Shown: in pieces, positions 36,401-49,612 of the stretch
Layout: each line of letters opens with the position of its first letter
How positions within the stretch are numbered: the first letter of the stretch is position 1
Source: Octopus sinensis
Lineage: Eukaryota
Length of the DNA stretch: 64,000 nucleotides
Assembly (NCBI RefSeq): GCF_006345805.1
Contig: NW_021825821.1
Location: 372,001-436,000 of the forward strand
Reading direction: 5' to 3'
The notes under the pieces: generated by a model
The model's input: only the letters and a program-made list of their open reading frames with translations
Told to the model about the DNA's origin: nothing
Database searches by the model: none
Made by a program: the position numbers and the translations under genes

Positions 36401-38489
36401 GGTTACATTAAACCAGGTAGTTCATACATCTACATAAACTTATAGTTGTTTGATGAAACAGGCCCTCCGCAGGAGCTAGGTCGCCGGTGAGCGAAGCGAG
36501 CTGCCGAGCTAGTGTCTAATATGAAAAGAAAGGGTTGACCGCGAATGCCGTGTATTCAATAAATTATGGGAATTGAAGTATTTTTTTGCGAAAGATGATT
36601 AAAGCAGAAAGCTTATTGTTTAATATGCCACGAACATCTCTCTGTTATGAAGGAGTAAAACATTCGACGTCATTATGAAACGAATCATGCTCCGATATAT
36701 TCCAAGTACACTGGAAAGCTACGTGAGGATAAAGTTGAATCATGAAACGCACTTTACAAATTCAACAAGGCCTTGTAAAAAAAAATTTTGAAATAATGAA
36801 AATGTAACAAGAGCTGGATACGAGATAACGAAAATTATTTCACAACACGGGAAACCCTTTATGATGTTATTAGGATGTATATCAAAAATTGCATATTGAA
36901 GCAGTTAATTGTTTGTGCCCACTAAATTCTTCCTTATTGGAGAATAAGTTTGTCGGCGAGTTCTGTATCACGGAGAACTGAAGAGCTTGGAAAAAATATA
37001 TATTTACAAATTTGTGAAAAGACAAGTAATATGTTGTGGTATTCTCTTGCATTGGATGAGTCAGTTGACATTTCGGGAACATCGCAACTTCTTATTTTTA
37101 TTCGTGGAGTTGATGAGAATATTTCCATAACTGAAGAACTGGCATCTGTTGTTCTATTCATGGAACAACCACTGGAAAAGATATTTTTGATGAATTGGAA
37201 CCAACTATAAGTGACTATAACCTTGAATGGGAGAAACTGAGTTGTGTTACGATTGACGGGGCAAAGAATATGGCTGGTTCTAAAAGGGTCTAGTTGGGCA
37301 AATAACTAATAAATTGGAGGAATTACATATTTCAAACACTTTGTTCATTCATTGCATCCTTCATCAGCACGCACTATGTGCGAAGGCTCTTATATTTCAT
37401 GTGTGTTGAATCCAGTTATTCGCATAATAAACTTTGTTCGAGGGAGCTCACTTAATCACCGTCAGTTTAAAGTTTTACTTGACGATTTTGGATCTGAATT
37501 TTGACTTACCATATTACACTGCAGTTAGATGGCTTAGCTGTGGTAATGTATTAAATAGATTTTATAAACTCCGAAGTGAGATTGATATTTTTCTAACCAG
37601 TAAAAATAACTATTATCCCGAATTATCAGATCTTGCTTGGCTATCAAAATTATCATTTTTGGTTGATGTTACAACTCACATGAATGAGCTAAATCTGAAA
37701 TTACAAGGAAAGGAAAACTTAATTTGTGATTTCTACAGGATAATTAAAGCATTTCGACAAAAATTGATGTTATTCGAGTCACAACTTGGAGTACGTCAGT
37801 TTTCACACTTTTCTTGTTTTAAAAGTTTTTGTGAGGCAAACTGTAATGAGATCGACATTACTTTCCAAATTGGAATTATCAAAGAATTAAAACATCATTT
37901 TTTACATAAGTTTTCTGAACTTGACAAAATTGAAAGCGATATAATTTTGTTCGAAAATCCATTTTCTTGTAATGTTGAAAATGTTCAACATGAATTACAA
38001 TTAGAAGTTATTGACTTACAATCAAATGAACAGCTCAAAGATTGTCACAGACGGACCAAACTCGCTGAGTTCTACGAATATCTCAAGGATGATGAGTTTC
38101 CGAGACTAAAGAATTTTGCGATAAAGATGATTTCTATATTTGGCACAACTTACCAATGTGAGCAAACGTTTTTCGAGGATGAAATATGTTAAGTCTGCCC
38201 ATCGTGCAAGATTGACTGACGGACACTTAAAATCAATTCTCATGATAGGATGCAGCATTTAAAACCAAATATTGATGAACTTATCAAAAAAAGATCACAG
38301 TTCCATAGCTCTCATTAAAATTTTTGTTTACTTTATTTTTGTTAAATTAGTTTTTATTGTAAAAAACACACTTATGAATTTCTAGTAAAATTATAATCCT
38401 ATGCACGTGCTCCGGCCCGCGTTCATTGTGTTGGGGTCAATCCGGCCGCGAGTGCAAAAAGTTTGGTGACCCCTGATTCTAAAGCGTAC

Positions 38490-38980
38490 AATTTCCCTTG
38501 ATTTTTTCAACATTCCTATAAAAATGCTGTATTTTCTTTCGCATTAGATGTGTTATAGAATAGTCCAAAGCATTTTGTAGTAATATGCTTGAAACTTGGT
38601 CAGGGTTTTATTTCCTGCTGCATTAACATCATTGTGGGGATTGTTGTGATTAGATAAATACGTCTTTATCTCATCCTTAAGAATGGAAAAACAGGTTTCG
38701 CATGGATTAAGTTGAGGAGAATATTGTGCAGCAAATCTTCGTATAGTATGTTCTACTCGTATGCCTTAATATTTCCTTGTTTATATGGATTTGAGCATTA
38801 TCCATATAAGTATCTTATGGACAGCAATAATTTCCTTTCCAGCTAAACTGTCAGATAATTCTGTCATAAAATTGATAAATTTCGATTTTATAGATCCAAT
38901 GTGTGATTCAATTTTCAAAATTGTTCCATTTTCATCAATTGCTGTAAAATATGAATAACGATATCTAAAAGTAAAAAGAT
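38490..38980 (-). mobile_element. IS630/Tc1-like transposase fragment abutting the hAT right end
   Basis: DNAQIH and YSPQLNPCETCFSILK motifs across a frameshift. Confidence 0.7.
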
Positions 38981-39065
38981 AGCAAAGCTAATTAAAGGCC
39001 TCACGAGACACCCGGCCAGCCTTGCGAATGGCGAAGCCGTTCCCTCGGATCACAGCTGTAAAATT

Positions 39066-39850
39066 ATGTAAATTTCTAAGCGTGATTTTTAGTTATCTTT
39101 ATAGGTCGTGTTTAAAAAAAGTCAAAATGTATAAAGATGAATATATTTCTCTTGGATTTATTAAAGATCCTCAAGATCCTAACAAACCACTTTGTCTTCA
39201 AAGATTCTTCAAATATTATGACCACTATTTCATTAAGCAATGACACTATACGGAGAAGAAATGAAATTTCTAATAAAATTGAACAATCCTTAATTTTATT
39301 TCTCAGAGAACGCACATTTTTAGTCCAATTTGACGAATCAGTTGTCTTTGATGACCATTCATTTTGATGGCATATGAAAGGTACTACTTTTTATAAATAC
39401 ATTTTATAAAGATATTTCAATGATGGTTCTATTTTGCAAGAAGAGTTATTTTTTGCAAAATCTTTAGTCACGGATACTACAGGTTTGTCAGTATTAAAGA
39501 TGCTCGAATCTTATATATTCTTAAATAATATTCCATTTGAACAGATTTTATCGCGCACAACTGGTTGCGCAATAGCTATGGTTGGAAAATATCGTGGTTT
39601 TTTTAGCTTTTCTAAAACAAAAATCTTCAATTTTTCAATTGCACAAAAATTATTTGAAGAATTGAATATATCAATGAAAATTGTTATCAAAGTTATCAAT
39701 CAAATTAAAGGAAACAGCAAGTACGATCGTATTTTTCGTGAATACTGCACAAATCAAAATGAAGATTATATTAGGTTACTTTTACATACCGAAGTAAGAT
39801 GGTTATCCAAGAGAAATTTTATTGAAAGATTTATGATATTATTTGATTAG
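39066..39850 (+). mobile_element. Buster-type hAT transposase remnant (ZBED5/FAM200-like) with two apparent micro-introns and internal deletions
   Basis: YKDEYISLGFI..P.C, DTIRRR, QFDES, EELFFAK, AMVGKYRG and LLLHTEVRWLSK. Confidence 0.8.
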
Positions 39851-40232
39851 GGGGCGATAAAGAATTTGGAGAGGCGAAAAAAATTCCAAGGGAGCAATAC
39901 AAAAATAAAAATTGAGAACCACTGCTATATAGGATCGGTTGAATTTTTTTAATGTAAACTTGCTTTTTCCTACGACTTAAGCGGCTTAGCATGTAAAGAG
40001 TTAAGAATTGTACATGGGATGCTTTTCTGGATCCCTAATCATAGAAATGTGCAGGAAGTTCTCAGAAAACAATTTAAGAATGGTTAAAGAAATGTCTGCA
40101 AATATCTGCATGGAAGAATTCTTTAAAACAGCAGGAGGAAAGTTCCAAGGTCGCTCACGTACTAAACGATGGAATTATAGTTTATAAAATCGACATGAGA
40201 AATTAATAGTTATTTAGTTCTCAATGCGCACT

Positions 40233-40336
40233 CACGATCATCGGGAGGTGGACTGGCTATTGCAACGGTTCTTGATCGCCGTTATCCGGAGAACAGTTTA
40301 GCGATCCGCCAAGCTGCTGGCCTTCCCTTCGATTAA
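40233..40336 (+). mobile_element. CRE-clade extreme 3' fragment
   Basis: HREVDWLLQRFLIAVIR(fs)NSLAIRQAAG parallels DPREGVWLRQRIGIAILRGNSLSIQAAG. Confidence 0.6.
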
Positions 40337-40339
40337 TCG

Positions 40340-41710
40340 ATATTAATCGTCGTATGTCATACCAGTGTCTGAATATATGTCTTCACCCTGTTCTCCACTC
40401 CGAGCGCCTCCAGATGGTTCTTGAAAAATTTTGACACAATTCCGTCTTAGATCATAACGACAGGGACAATCTTCAGATCGCCCGGTGGATTGCTTCTAGT
40501 TCATTTCCTAGTAAGTCGTATTTGTCTGTACTTTTCCATTTCGACCTACTTGATACAATTTTGTGAAGTGATCCCCACCTCGATAAGTGTAGTTATATTG
40601 CTCGATTTTTCGTGAACAAATATTTCGGGCTTATTATTCGTGATAGCATTATCAGCCGGAAGGTGTGTGTCAACTCGGATTTCCACAAATTTGTTGGTGG
40701 TAACAGATTGGACTAAATGAGTCTTTAATTTTTTTAACTTTTTAATTCCATATAGAAAACATGGATGCAAATGTAAGCATTTGACCATTCCGTTATGGCG
40801 TCTGAGATAGAGACCGCATTCGCCCACATCTGGTGGCAAGGGAATCAACGGTCTTTTTAAATACGTTGCAGTGGCTTCATTTATTATCTCCGTTATTGAA
40901 AAACAACTTTTGGTCTTGCAGCAGACACAGGTTTCCTTCAGTCTGAGAAGAATTGTTTCTGTGGTTTAACCGCTCGGAAGTCTCATAATATGAACTTAAG
41001 TATTTTTTAGACATTGGAACAAAATACAGTGCAAGGATTTCTTTTTGATTTTTTCCATAAATATTCACGTTATATTTCTATCAGGTCCAATATTGTCAAT
41101 TTATTTACATTTTCAATGTATCTTCGAGATAATAATTCTGCGATAATGGCCATAAATTTTTTCTTTGAACTAATGAAACACAGAATTCCTGTTCTTTTTA
41201 TGCAGTAATTTCCCTTATGTTTCAAATCACCGTAAAATTCGAGGAGCATTCTCTCCGCTTTATTAATAACTGACTCCAGGCCTCTCTTGAATTCCTTTCT
41301 TGGAAGATAAAGTCTTTCTTTGTTTGGCGATTTCAAGTGGATATAACTGTCTATAATATAATTCGACTGATGTTCTTATCAATCTACTCAAAACTCTCCG
41401 GTCTCAATATCAATCAGTCCAATGTGATAATAAAGAGAAAGTGCGTGGTCGTTTATAGCCTTGAACAAGCTTATCGAGTTTAATTCAGTTTGGGTAAAGT
41501 TTTTAATCCTCTTCCATGCTTCTTCATAGATTTTCTCCATAACTTTACTTTTTAGAACTTTTCTATTCTTATCTTCGAGGACTCACAGATATCGGTATTC
41601 ATCCAGCCCATCGAGTAAGCAAGTTTTCATAAACCAAGACTTGACATTCGTTGCAGATTTTTCAACGTTTCTTTCCAACCCAACTAAGTCAAAAAACGAT
41701 TCAATTCTTT
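40340..41710 (-). mobile_element. Degraded R4/Dong-like REL non-LTR retrotransposon (RT tail, zinc knuckle, endonuclease)
   Basis: NVEKSATN, YRYL.VLED, LFKAIN, KERLYLPRKE..RGL, EG..CLLQD, RRHN..VKCLH and NKPEIFVH..LIEVGIT. Confidence 0.85.
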
Positions 41711-41857
41711 CACCATCATTTTCATTACGTCATTATGCTGCGAAAATAGCTTCATATCGCCTACAAATAAGAGATGGTTAGCGGCACATCAACCGACATT
41801 ATGAAACTTGTTTTTAAATAACCATCAAATTTGGTCCAAAGAAAATAGAGAAGTTAA

Positions 41858-42245
41858 CTAAATTAGATGAGTCGCCGAGCTGATGGACAGGCAATTTCCA
41901 CGTAATATCGCAAACGATATCCGCTGAAAAAGCCAGCTCGTTTCACGACTATCGCGACTCCTCCTCGAGATGATTAACCAATCTCTGAAAGGAGTTTGAG
42001 CTCTTTGGGTCCAATTATCCCACTGGTCTCGAAACCAGAGGAATGAAGCAGCATTATCGGTCAAATAGCCATATCTTGCAGTTTTCCTATATTAGGCAAG
42101 GGCAGATGCAGATCCAGGACGAGAAGCGGGGTCAACCAGCGATGATGAGGAAAATGAGTCTACGCAGGTAACATCCCACACGAGTGCCATTCCCTCCCTG
42201 AACGGGAATAAAGTCGACCCATCAGGGCGCAGTCCTACCGGTAGA
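41858..42245 (-). mobile_element. CRE-clade 3' fragment (endonuclease region)
   Basis: PDGSTLFPFREGMALVWDVTCVDS and SRETSWLFQRISFAILRGNCLSI. Confidence 0.85.
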
Positions 42246-42479
42246 TCTTAGTATAAAAATAATCTTAGTATAAAAATAATGATTCAATAAAAAAATGTCA
42301 AAAAAGGTATTATAAAAAGTTTGTTGGGTCAATTTAATTTATTTTTAGGTCAATTTTTAAATACAAATTTAAATAATATAATTATACCATAATTTTAAGC
42401 ATCAAAATAAATTTAGAATATTCGGCGTGAATTTAATTTGACTGATGAACAACTTAATGAAGATCTAACGACGATAATA

Positions 42480-43560
42480 TCATAATATTCATGGTAATGA
42501 CTCATTACCATAAATTAATAAAGTTCACAGGAGAATCAAGCTTACTGTAAATTACAAGACTTGAACACTTATCAAATGAAAACACAGCGTTTTCCTATTA
42601 ACTGAGTTTTAAAAATAAGATATCACACGTACTATTATAAATTTTAAAGATAATTGCAAAATAATGAAGCCATTCACAGACGGCAAATTTATAAAAGAAT
42701 GCCAATTGAAGTAGCAGAAAATTCATTTCCTATCAAAAAAACATTTTTGAATCTATTTGTTGTCTCCAAGAACTGTCACTAGAAAAAATAGAAGAAATTT
42801 CGTTGGATTCAAATCTCTTTAAAAAAACTTGTTTGGGAACTTCGAACGATATTTTCAATTGCATTGGATATTGGCAAAGGAGATACTTTCAACTTACGTA
42901 TTTGTTCGAGGTATAACTTAAGCATTCTAAATTTTTGAAAATTGTCAAAGCCATTTCAATAATGGGTAAGTGACTGGAAACACAACGTTTTTGGTCATTT
43001 AAATGCAACTTTTAACAGAATTCAATGTCCCCATTTTTGAAATTTTTGGAATTACGACAGATGGGGTTTCAAGGAAACAACTACATAACTTCAACAATTA
43101 CATTAGTTCAAAAAGAAATGAAAATTTTGGTTTTCAGCACACTATGATCAAGATTCTTTGTATTATTCACCACGAGGTGTTGGTTCTAAAATTAGTTAAA
43201 TAAATCCTGCTGTTAATGCAGTTAATTTTATTTTATCGCGTTGATTAAATGATCGGCAAGTTCAGAAAATTTTTAATGGACATTGAAGCAGAATATAGTA
43301 ATGGATCATTTTTTTAATGTGGGACGGCTTAGCAGAGGGTCTATGCTCAATAGACTATTTCATATACGAAATAATGCTTACTTTTTCTTGAGGAAAAAAA
43401 TTAAGATGTTTTATAATTGCAAAATACTGTGAAAAATTTTCTAAAGATCTATTTGAAACTGTAGAATCAATTTAATACAAAAAATTTATGGTAAAATCAC
43501 TTTTCTTTTGAAAGTAACCTTAAGTTGTTGAATTGAAGTTACGAATAGAAATATCACGCA
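42480..43560 (+). mobile_element. Heavily degraded SPIN/Charlie hAT transposase remnant; boundaries approximate
   Basis: KPFTDGKFIKEC, FSIALD, ITTDG and CIIHHEVL motifs with many stops. Confidence 0.7.
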
Positions 43561-43619
43561 TTTTGTGAATTCTCTTTACAAATTCTACAAATGCGACATG
43601 CCGCATGAATATAGAATAT

Positions 43620-45100
43620 AGTTATTTATTTTATTCCCCAAAAGAAACACGAGAAACGGAACAAATAAAGACAGGTGATCTCGACACGCCTCAGAGGGCT
43701 ATCACTTCGCTTGATTTTCATCACATGAGCCTGCTCAGCGCGTATGGGACGTGTAGCCCTGGTCTCTCTGATTGCATTATATCTTAGTCCATATGAATGG
43801 AAGAGGGTTTCCATTTTCGTAGGACCGGAGGCCTCCCTCTAGTTTAAGCGCTGCATGAGTGTAAAGGCTCTTTTCATGCTTGCCTCAATCTTCATTTTGC
43901 TAGTTTAGGAAATTGATTTAACTCCTCGATCGATGTACTGAAGTATGAACCCTTGGATCCAACTTCAAGGTATTTCAGGTTTTTCGTTACTGTAAACCCA
44001 TGGAGGTTTCTCGGCGGTTTTCGTTAGCTCCTTGTTTTACAATCCAAGTAACGGTGCACTTTTCTTTCGCGAGTGTCAGTTTTTTTATATGCACCACTCT
44101 TCCAGTCTTGTCACGTATCTTTTATTTCTGTCCTCCACGAGATGTCTTTTCTCTACAAAGCACCCGTTTATTAGTATGTCGTTCCGCGTAGATCATGAGA
44201 CGACTGGTAGGATCTTTCTGTTTTGGAATATCAGCAACGTAAATATTAAAAAGTAGAGGCTCAAGACCGAGCCTTGAGGTACCCCGCTTTTGAGATCGAC
44301 AAATTCCGACAAACGGTTTCCGCATCGTACGTATGACCGCCTCATGGATAGATAACTCTTCACTCAATTGACCGTTCTAGACCCGGGTTTTATTCTGGAG
44401 ACACTTTTCAAGAGGCCCAGGTGCCATACGCTGTCAAAAGCTTTTGAGACATCGAGGCAGATACTAATAGTCGCTATATTGTTTGCAAGACTAAGCGAGA
44501 TTGCTTTCTCGAGTTCTCCGAAACAATCTCCGCAGGATCTTTTTCGTCTGAATCCCTACTGCTCCGCTGCAAGTGCACCTGATTCCTCTACGAAGTTCGA
44601 AAGCCTTGTGAAGACGATCCGTTCCATAATTTTAGAGACGGAGCATATTAGGCTTATTGACTGATAGTTCTCTGCATGGTTCTTCATTTTTCCAGGCTTT
44701 GGAATCATACGTACGATTGACTTTTTCCAAGATTCCGGTACGTATCCAAATCTCCAGCTTGCATTGTATAGTGCGGTCAAGTATCGTAGGAGAATAATTG
44801 GAGGATGTTTGAATACAGTAATTGGAATGTAGTCATGGCCGGGTGCATTGTTCTTGCAGCTCATAATAGCGGCATACGTTTCTTCCAACGTTATGTCTCT
44901 GAACAATGGTCCCGTATAACTCAAGTTAGCTCGCAGACTTCTCTGTGCCTCACATTTAAATTCTTTCGGAACCATGTCGATCGGATCCATCTCTTGAACT
45001 TTTGACTCATACCCTACATGCAAACGAACAAGGCACGATTTACTGATTGTATAAACCCCCAAAGTATGGGGTGTTTTCCAAATTTCCAAAGGTCGGAGTT
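43620..45100 (-). mobile_element. Jockey/I-like LINE RT region, degraded
   Basis: ITLEETYAAI..KNNAPGHD, VPESWK..IPKPGK..SISL..SKIMERIV, GFRRKRS, LDVSKAFDSVWH, GVPQGSVL and LKYL. Confidence 0.9.
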
Positions 45101-45181
45101 TAAGACGTTGGTCTTATCTCAACTCCCTAATAATTTCTAATCCTAAAAATTAGAAATATTATCATTTTTTGAAAAAATAAA

Positions 45182-46563
45182 TCACATTTGATAATAATTA
45201 ATTCTAAGACAAATAAGCTTAGAAAGATTGCGCAAATACTCTGCCATGTCCGACACATTAGAATAAGCCAACTCTACCTACAAAAATAAACACACGCCCA
45301 ATACATCCAAATGGAGCGAACTCAGAACATCCAAGGGAACCTAAACATATCACACAGTCAAACCCAACCTTAGAGAACGAAGCCAGCCGTGAATTGACAA
45401 TACACGACAAATGGCCAACTCCAATGGCCATCAATCTATTTCTTAATAACCATAAATACTTGTCGAAGCATTTATTACCACCAACTGATGGAAATATCTC
45501 ATCGGAGTAATTTCCCAGAAAACGCTCAGCCATCGTAGTTACAAAACTAGCAAAGGCATATACAAATGAGGCTAAAAAACGAGGCAACTCCTCCATCCTT
45601 AAACTTCCTTCTCCCAACAACTGTGTAGACGACTAGGAATCGTATCTTAAAACAAACCTTAATAAGCCTTTGTGAAGGGACTGACACTTTGATTTCACTA
45701 CAGACTTCCTTTAGCACAGAATTCAATTGCAAAGTCAATCCTTGAGAAGAGCATTCATCTATTTAATAAATCCAAATAAAAAGACCTTCTAAGGTGGGGA
45801 CAAATAAACTAATTTCTATCAATTCTAGTTCGCTTAAAGCCCTTCTTTTTTCAGAGTTGAACTTGATGTTTCTTAATAAGTCATTTATTTTAGATTGGAC
45901 ATTTTTGTCAACTCTATTAGCACGTTCAATCAAGCTATTGTCTACAAGTAAACAATAATATAACTCACAGCCTAATGACTCCAAATAACTTTGAAATGAA
46001 GGGCTCACAGAATCCCCGTCTCCCTCAATAGGAGATGACTGATTTCCACCAATAGGAGACGGGATGCACTCAGCAATCGAATCCTTTTTTTCCATTCCAA
46101 TAAAATCAGTTATTCCAGATAGTGTGTCTCGACCAATGAAATCTGAGATTTTGTCGATGGACAAAGAAGCAAAGGCCGATGAAATCCAAGATTTATTAGT
46201 AAAGTGTTTATTATATATTGCGGAGAAATCAGAAATAGAAGATTGTTGAACTTTTGGTAAATTTTCTTCGTTTTTATATTGAGAAATGTTGGCTGTATTA
46301 GATCTTCCAAAATTTAAATTTTCTTGAGGATCTTTATGATTAGGATGAGTAAGATATTCTTCTTCATTAAATTGGGATATATTTGAAGATATGGAATAAA
46401 TATTTTGTGATTGAAAAATATTTTCTGTAATTTGGTCATTATTTGTTATTTCTGTGCTGTGATTGCATTTTAAACTGTTTCCACTGCCTGATTTTATGCC
46501 AATAGTATTCACTATATCACTTTCTCCTTCTGAGGCAGAAAAAAATTCATCATCAGAAGACAT
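45182..46563 (-). CDS. Multi-exon protein, possibly FAM114-like
   Basis: MSSDDEFFSASEG start and long open exons. Micro-introns at ~45273-45299 and ~45336-45363 give ..KVPLDVLSSLHLDVELAYSNVSDMAEYLRNLSKLI..QM*, loosely like the FAM114 C-terminus. Family call is weak. Confidence 0.5.
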
Positions 46564-46949
46564 TGATGAGATGTAACCAAACAATCACAAGAAAAATTAG
46601 ATATTTTACACGTAAAATCTGTTTAAATTAATATATTTTAATTCCAAAAATGCATTTTTATAACATTATTTTACTACTTTAAGGAAATGCAGTATTTATT
46701 AATAAATTGGACTGTACAATAAGTGTGACTACGCCAGAGGCAATACTCTGGCTATCTGCCAATGACTATTTCTCTTTTGGTTTACATAAATAAAATCCAT
46801 TTCTTGGTTAAAAAATTATTTAGGTACCTCTGTATTTTAGTTTATGGACTTAAAATAATTTTTTATTTAAGATATATCGACAGTCTCCCTCTTCAATTGT
46901 TCGCAATACAAAGCGGAGGAACCCTTACAACTGGAATCATGAAAAAATC

Positions 46950-47300
46950 TCAAAAATGAAAAATTTTTGTAAAAATAGCGAAGTTAATGCACATTGGACA
47001 TATGCCTTTGCATTCATTGCCAATGACGCTGACCTACCGTTAGAGATCAATTTTTGGATCGCAACGACAAGCCGAAGAGAGACAGCTATTTTTCAAAAAT
47101 AGATCAGCTCTACAAAGTCCATACAGCTGCTAGTTTGTGACAACTCAGAAGATCATAAAGATGGGAAAACCGTTCGAAGGCGATGAATACAAAAAAGAAA
47201 CATTCATTCAAATTTCAGAGCATCTTTTTTCTAATTTTAAAAAAATTAAAGACATGCCGCTCTTTGCAAAGACTGTTATGGACTGGTAGCAAACATCATT
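46950..47300 (+). mobile_element. hAT transposase N-terminal remnant
   Basis: WTYAFAF.., KMGKPFEGDEYKKE.F and DMPLFAKTV resemble SPIN/Charlie N-terminal segments. Confidence 0.55.
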
Positions 47301-47953
47301 AGTAGTAAATTGATGATATTAATTCAGCATTTTCAATTATATGTGATGATTCAAGTGATATAAACGATAATAAAACAGATAGCACACTTATACAGCCAAT
47401 TCCAATGTTCAATTGGGACAAATGCATTTGTGATACTGTTGTGAGTTGTCTAAAAGAGATACCAGTCACGTAGTGTCGGTATGTACTGATGTGATACCCC
47501 TTCTCTTTTTTTAGCAAGACTTTGCAGTCCTCGAAAATGGGAGTCACATTTTTAACTCCTGACTTGGAAAAAATATATAAGGAATAAAGCCTTTCCACGA
47601 TAGCCATAGTACTTTATGACGATAGGCAAGACACACACCTATTTTCAAGTGAAGAACAGTTAATGTCAATTTTTTTAACAACAAAATATACTTGGAATGT
47701 TAAACAATTATGTCACGAATTTAATTAGTAGCAGAGGATAAGATGGAATGGCAATTCCCACGCAAGATGGCTATTGATATGCATTGGAAAAGCCATGTCC
47801 GTTCCCGATGTTAATGTCAATTTGCTACATCATTTTATATAAACAACAATAAATCTGATTAAAATGATTTATTATTGTAAAATATTTACTTTATGACTCA
47901 AATATTTAAATATCAAATAATAAATAAAATCTTAAACATTGATTACCTTGTTT

Positions 47954-48766
47954 ATGTCGGTTTACCCTCTTGAAGCAGATGCCCAAGTAATGCATAAATA
48001 AGCTATATCTTAGACATTAACCAAGGTTCCCTTTCGGATTCAATTCAAATTTAGTACCTTTACTTATTAGGGGGCTCCGAAAATCTTGTTTTCGAGGAGA
48101 TGTTCTCCCTTGAAGAAGACGCCTTGGAGTTTATTCCCCGACCAGTCCTCTCCATAATCCTCACATACGACATTTCTAAATTCGTAAAACCACCAAATAA
48201 TCAAAAATAGTCCAGTCCCTTCTCAACATGTACGGCTAGTTCAGATGACTTGTATTTTCTTAATCAAAACGTTACAAACGCTTGTGGAACCGTCGCCCTG
48301 ATCCACGCAATTGCAAATAGCTGTACTAAAAATGTCCACTACCGAGGTCTTTATATTCAAGTCATTTATAGATGAGTCAATTATTGGAAAGTTCATGGAA
48401 AAAACTCAAAATATGAGCATAGAAGACAGAGGAAACGAACTTTCGAGCTCTTTGGAATTTCTTCAAGTCCACAATTCCATGGCTGTGAATTCGGGGGCTC
48501 CTTTGGTGGATAAGACCGACTTCCATTTTGTGAGTTTTGTCAATGTAGGTGGAAAATTGTTTATGATGGGTTGTGTTTTGGTTTAAATGTGATTAGACGG
48601 GAGATTGTATGGGCCAGTGGACATGGGAGTGACTTCAGAGGAAACTTTTGTTTTGGTTTGATAATATTTTATTTGATTGAAGGATGTGGCCAAAACTGTG
48701 AAAAAAATTATTTTGAGTAACCCAGATTCGCCCATCAGTATGCAGGCCCTCTGCTTTTTATCTTAA
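47954..48766 (+). CDS. UCHL3: Ubiquitin C-terminal hydrolase (peptidase C12, UCH-L1/L3-like), multi-exon; one apparent 1-nt frameshift near 48080
   Basis: PLEAD, PRPVLSIIL, QNVTNACGTVALIHAIAN (catalytic Cys), FHFV (His) and M|DG (Asp) after splicing. Confidence 0.9.
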
Positions 48767-48959
48767 TTCTGTAATATTTTTTCATTTTTGGGTAAATAAT
48801 CATTTCTTTATTCGATATCTCGATTTTTGATATGACGATATTAATCAATTTTGATTCAAATTTATAGACAAAAATATTAATTCATTTATATTACATATTA
48901 TATTACATGATTTATAATATAAATCAATATATAAATTTTATATATTGAAATCAATTTAG

Positions 48960-49392
48960 CAAATTTCTTGTCAGTAACTTGTTGAAAAGATACATTCTAA
49001 GATATTCTAAAAGTCCCGTCAGCTACTATTTTTGTAAATACAGGTATATTCATTATTTTATTCGTGATTTCTGTCTTATTTAGAAAATCATGAAATAGTT
49101 ATTCACGGGTTTCAATAAAGTTTTCTTTGATACTGAATATTTTTAGCAAGTTCTTTCACATCTTTCTTTCTTGAGTCACCAATTGGATTCTTTTAGAAAA
49201 ATTCGTATGCTTTGTGTTAAAATTACGACCAACTATTAAAATTTTTGAAATAAGTTTACAAATTACCAAAATCATATATAAAAACAAATAAATAAGCATT
49301 AAAATAACAAAATTGAAAACTTAAGACTTAAAGAGCAACCAAAGGCTTGCGAGCAAGTTTTTGCCGACTCTTGTACTAAATAAATAAGTACC
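48960..49392 (-). mobile_element. 5' remnant of the hAT family seen at 62242-63425
   Basis: Minus strand AGAGTCGGCAAAAACTTGCTCGCAAGCCTTTGGTTGCTCTTTAA resembles the 62242 left end; RNFNTKHTNF resembles RHFNTKHSNF. Confidence 0.6.
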
Positions 49393-49612
49393 CAAATGTA
49401 TATTTCTTTAGTCTTTTCCGATTATCTCGATATCTGTAAACTGGCGTATCATTACCTTGAAAAAGTCACGCATTAGTAAAATCACCATTGAGAGGTGTGC
49501 ACTGTCACAACAAAAAGCGAGACATTTTTCAAAGAACTTTGTTTTATACTCACTTTCATCTCCCAAAATATTTAAAAGTGTCGAAAGTACTTAAATTAGA
49601 CATAAAATAAGT

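Larger units (their letters stand above)
33507..36512 (+). mobile_element. Non-autonomous Helitron
   Basis: Starts TC after A and ends CTAG before T with no TSD; (CTGT)n near the 5' end; PIF1 helicase tail; GCGAAGC mini-hairpin at 36491-36497; removal restores the hAT start codon. Confidence 0.8.
33294..38475 (+). mobile_element. hAT (SPIN/Charlie) transposon (~2.2 kb net) interrupted by a Helitron; transposase pseudogene ~36513-38320
   Basis: TIRs CAGACGTCACCAAC / GTTTGGTGACCCCTG; TSD ATCTAAAG vs ATTCTAAAG; subterminal CCGGCCCGCG repeats; LALDESVDISGTSQL, TIDGA, HCILHQ, VRWLS and FGTTYQCEQTF. Confidence 0.9.

Noticed and set aside
47299-47607. Longin/TRAPP-like gene (LYSLYIFSKSG)
   Set aside because: Only a short N-terminal resemblance, lying among hAT debris; the rest is unsupported.
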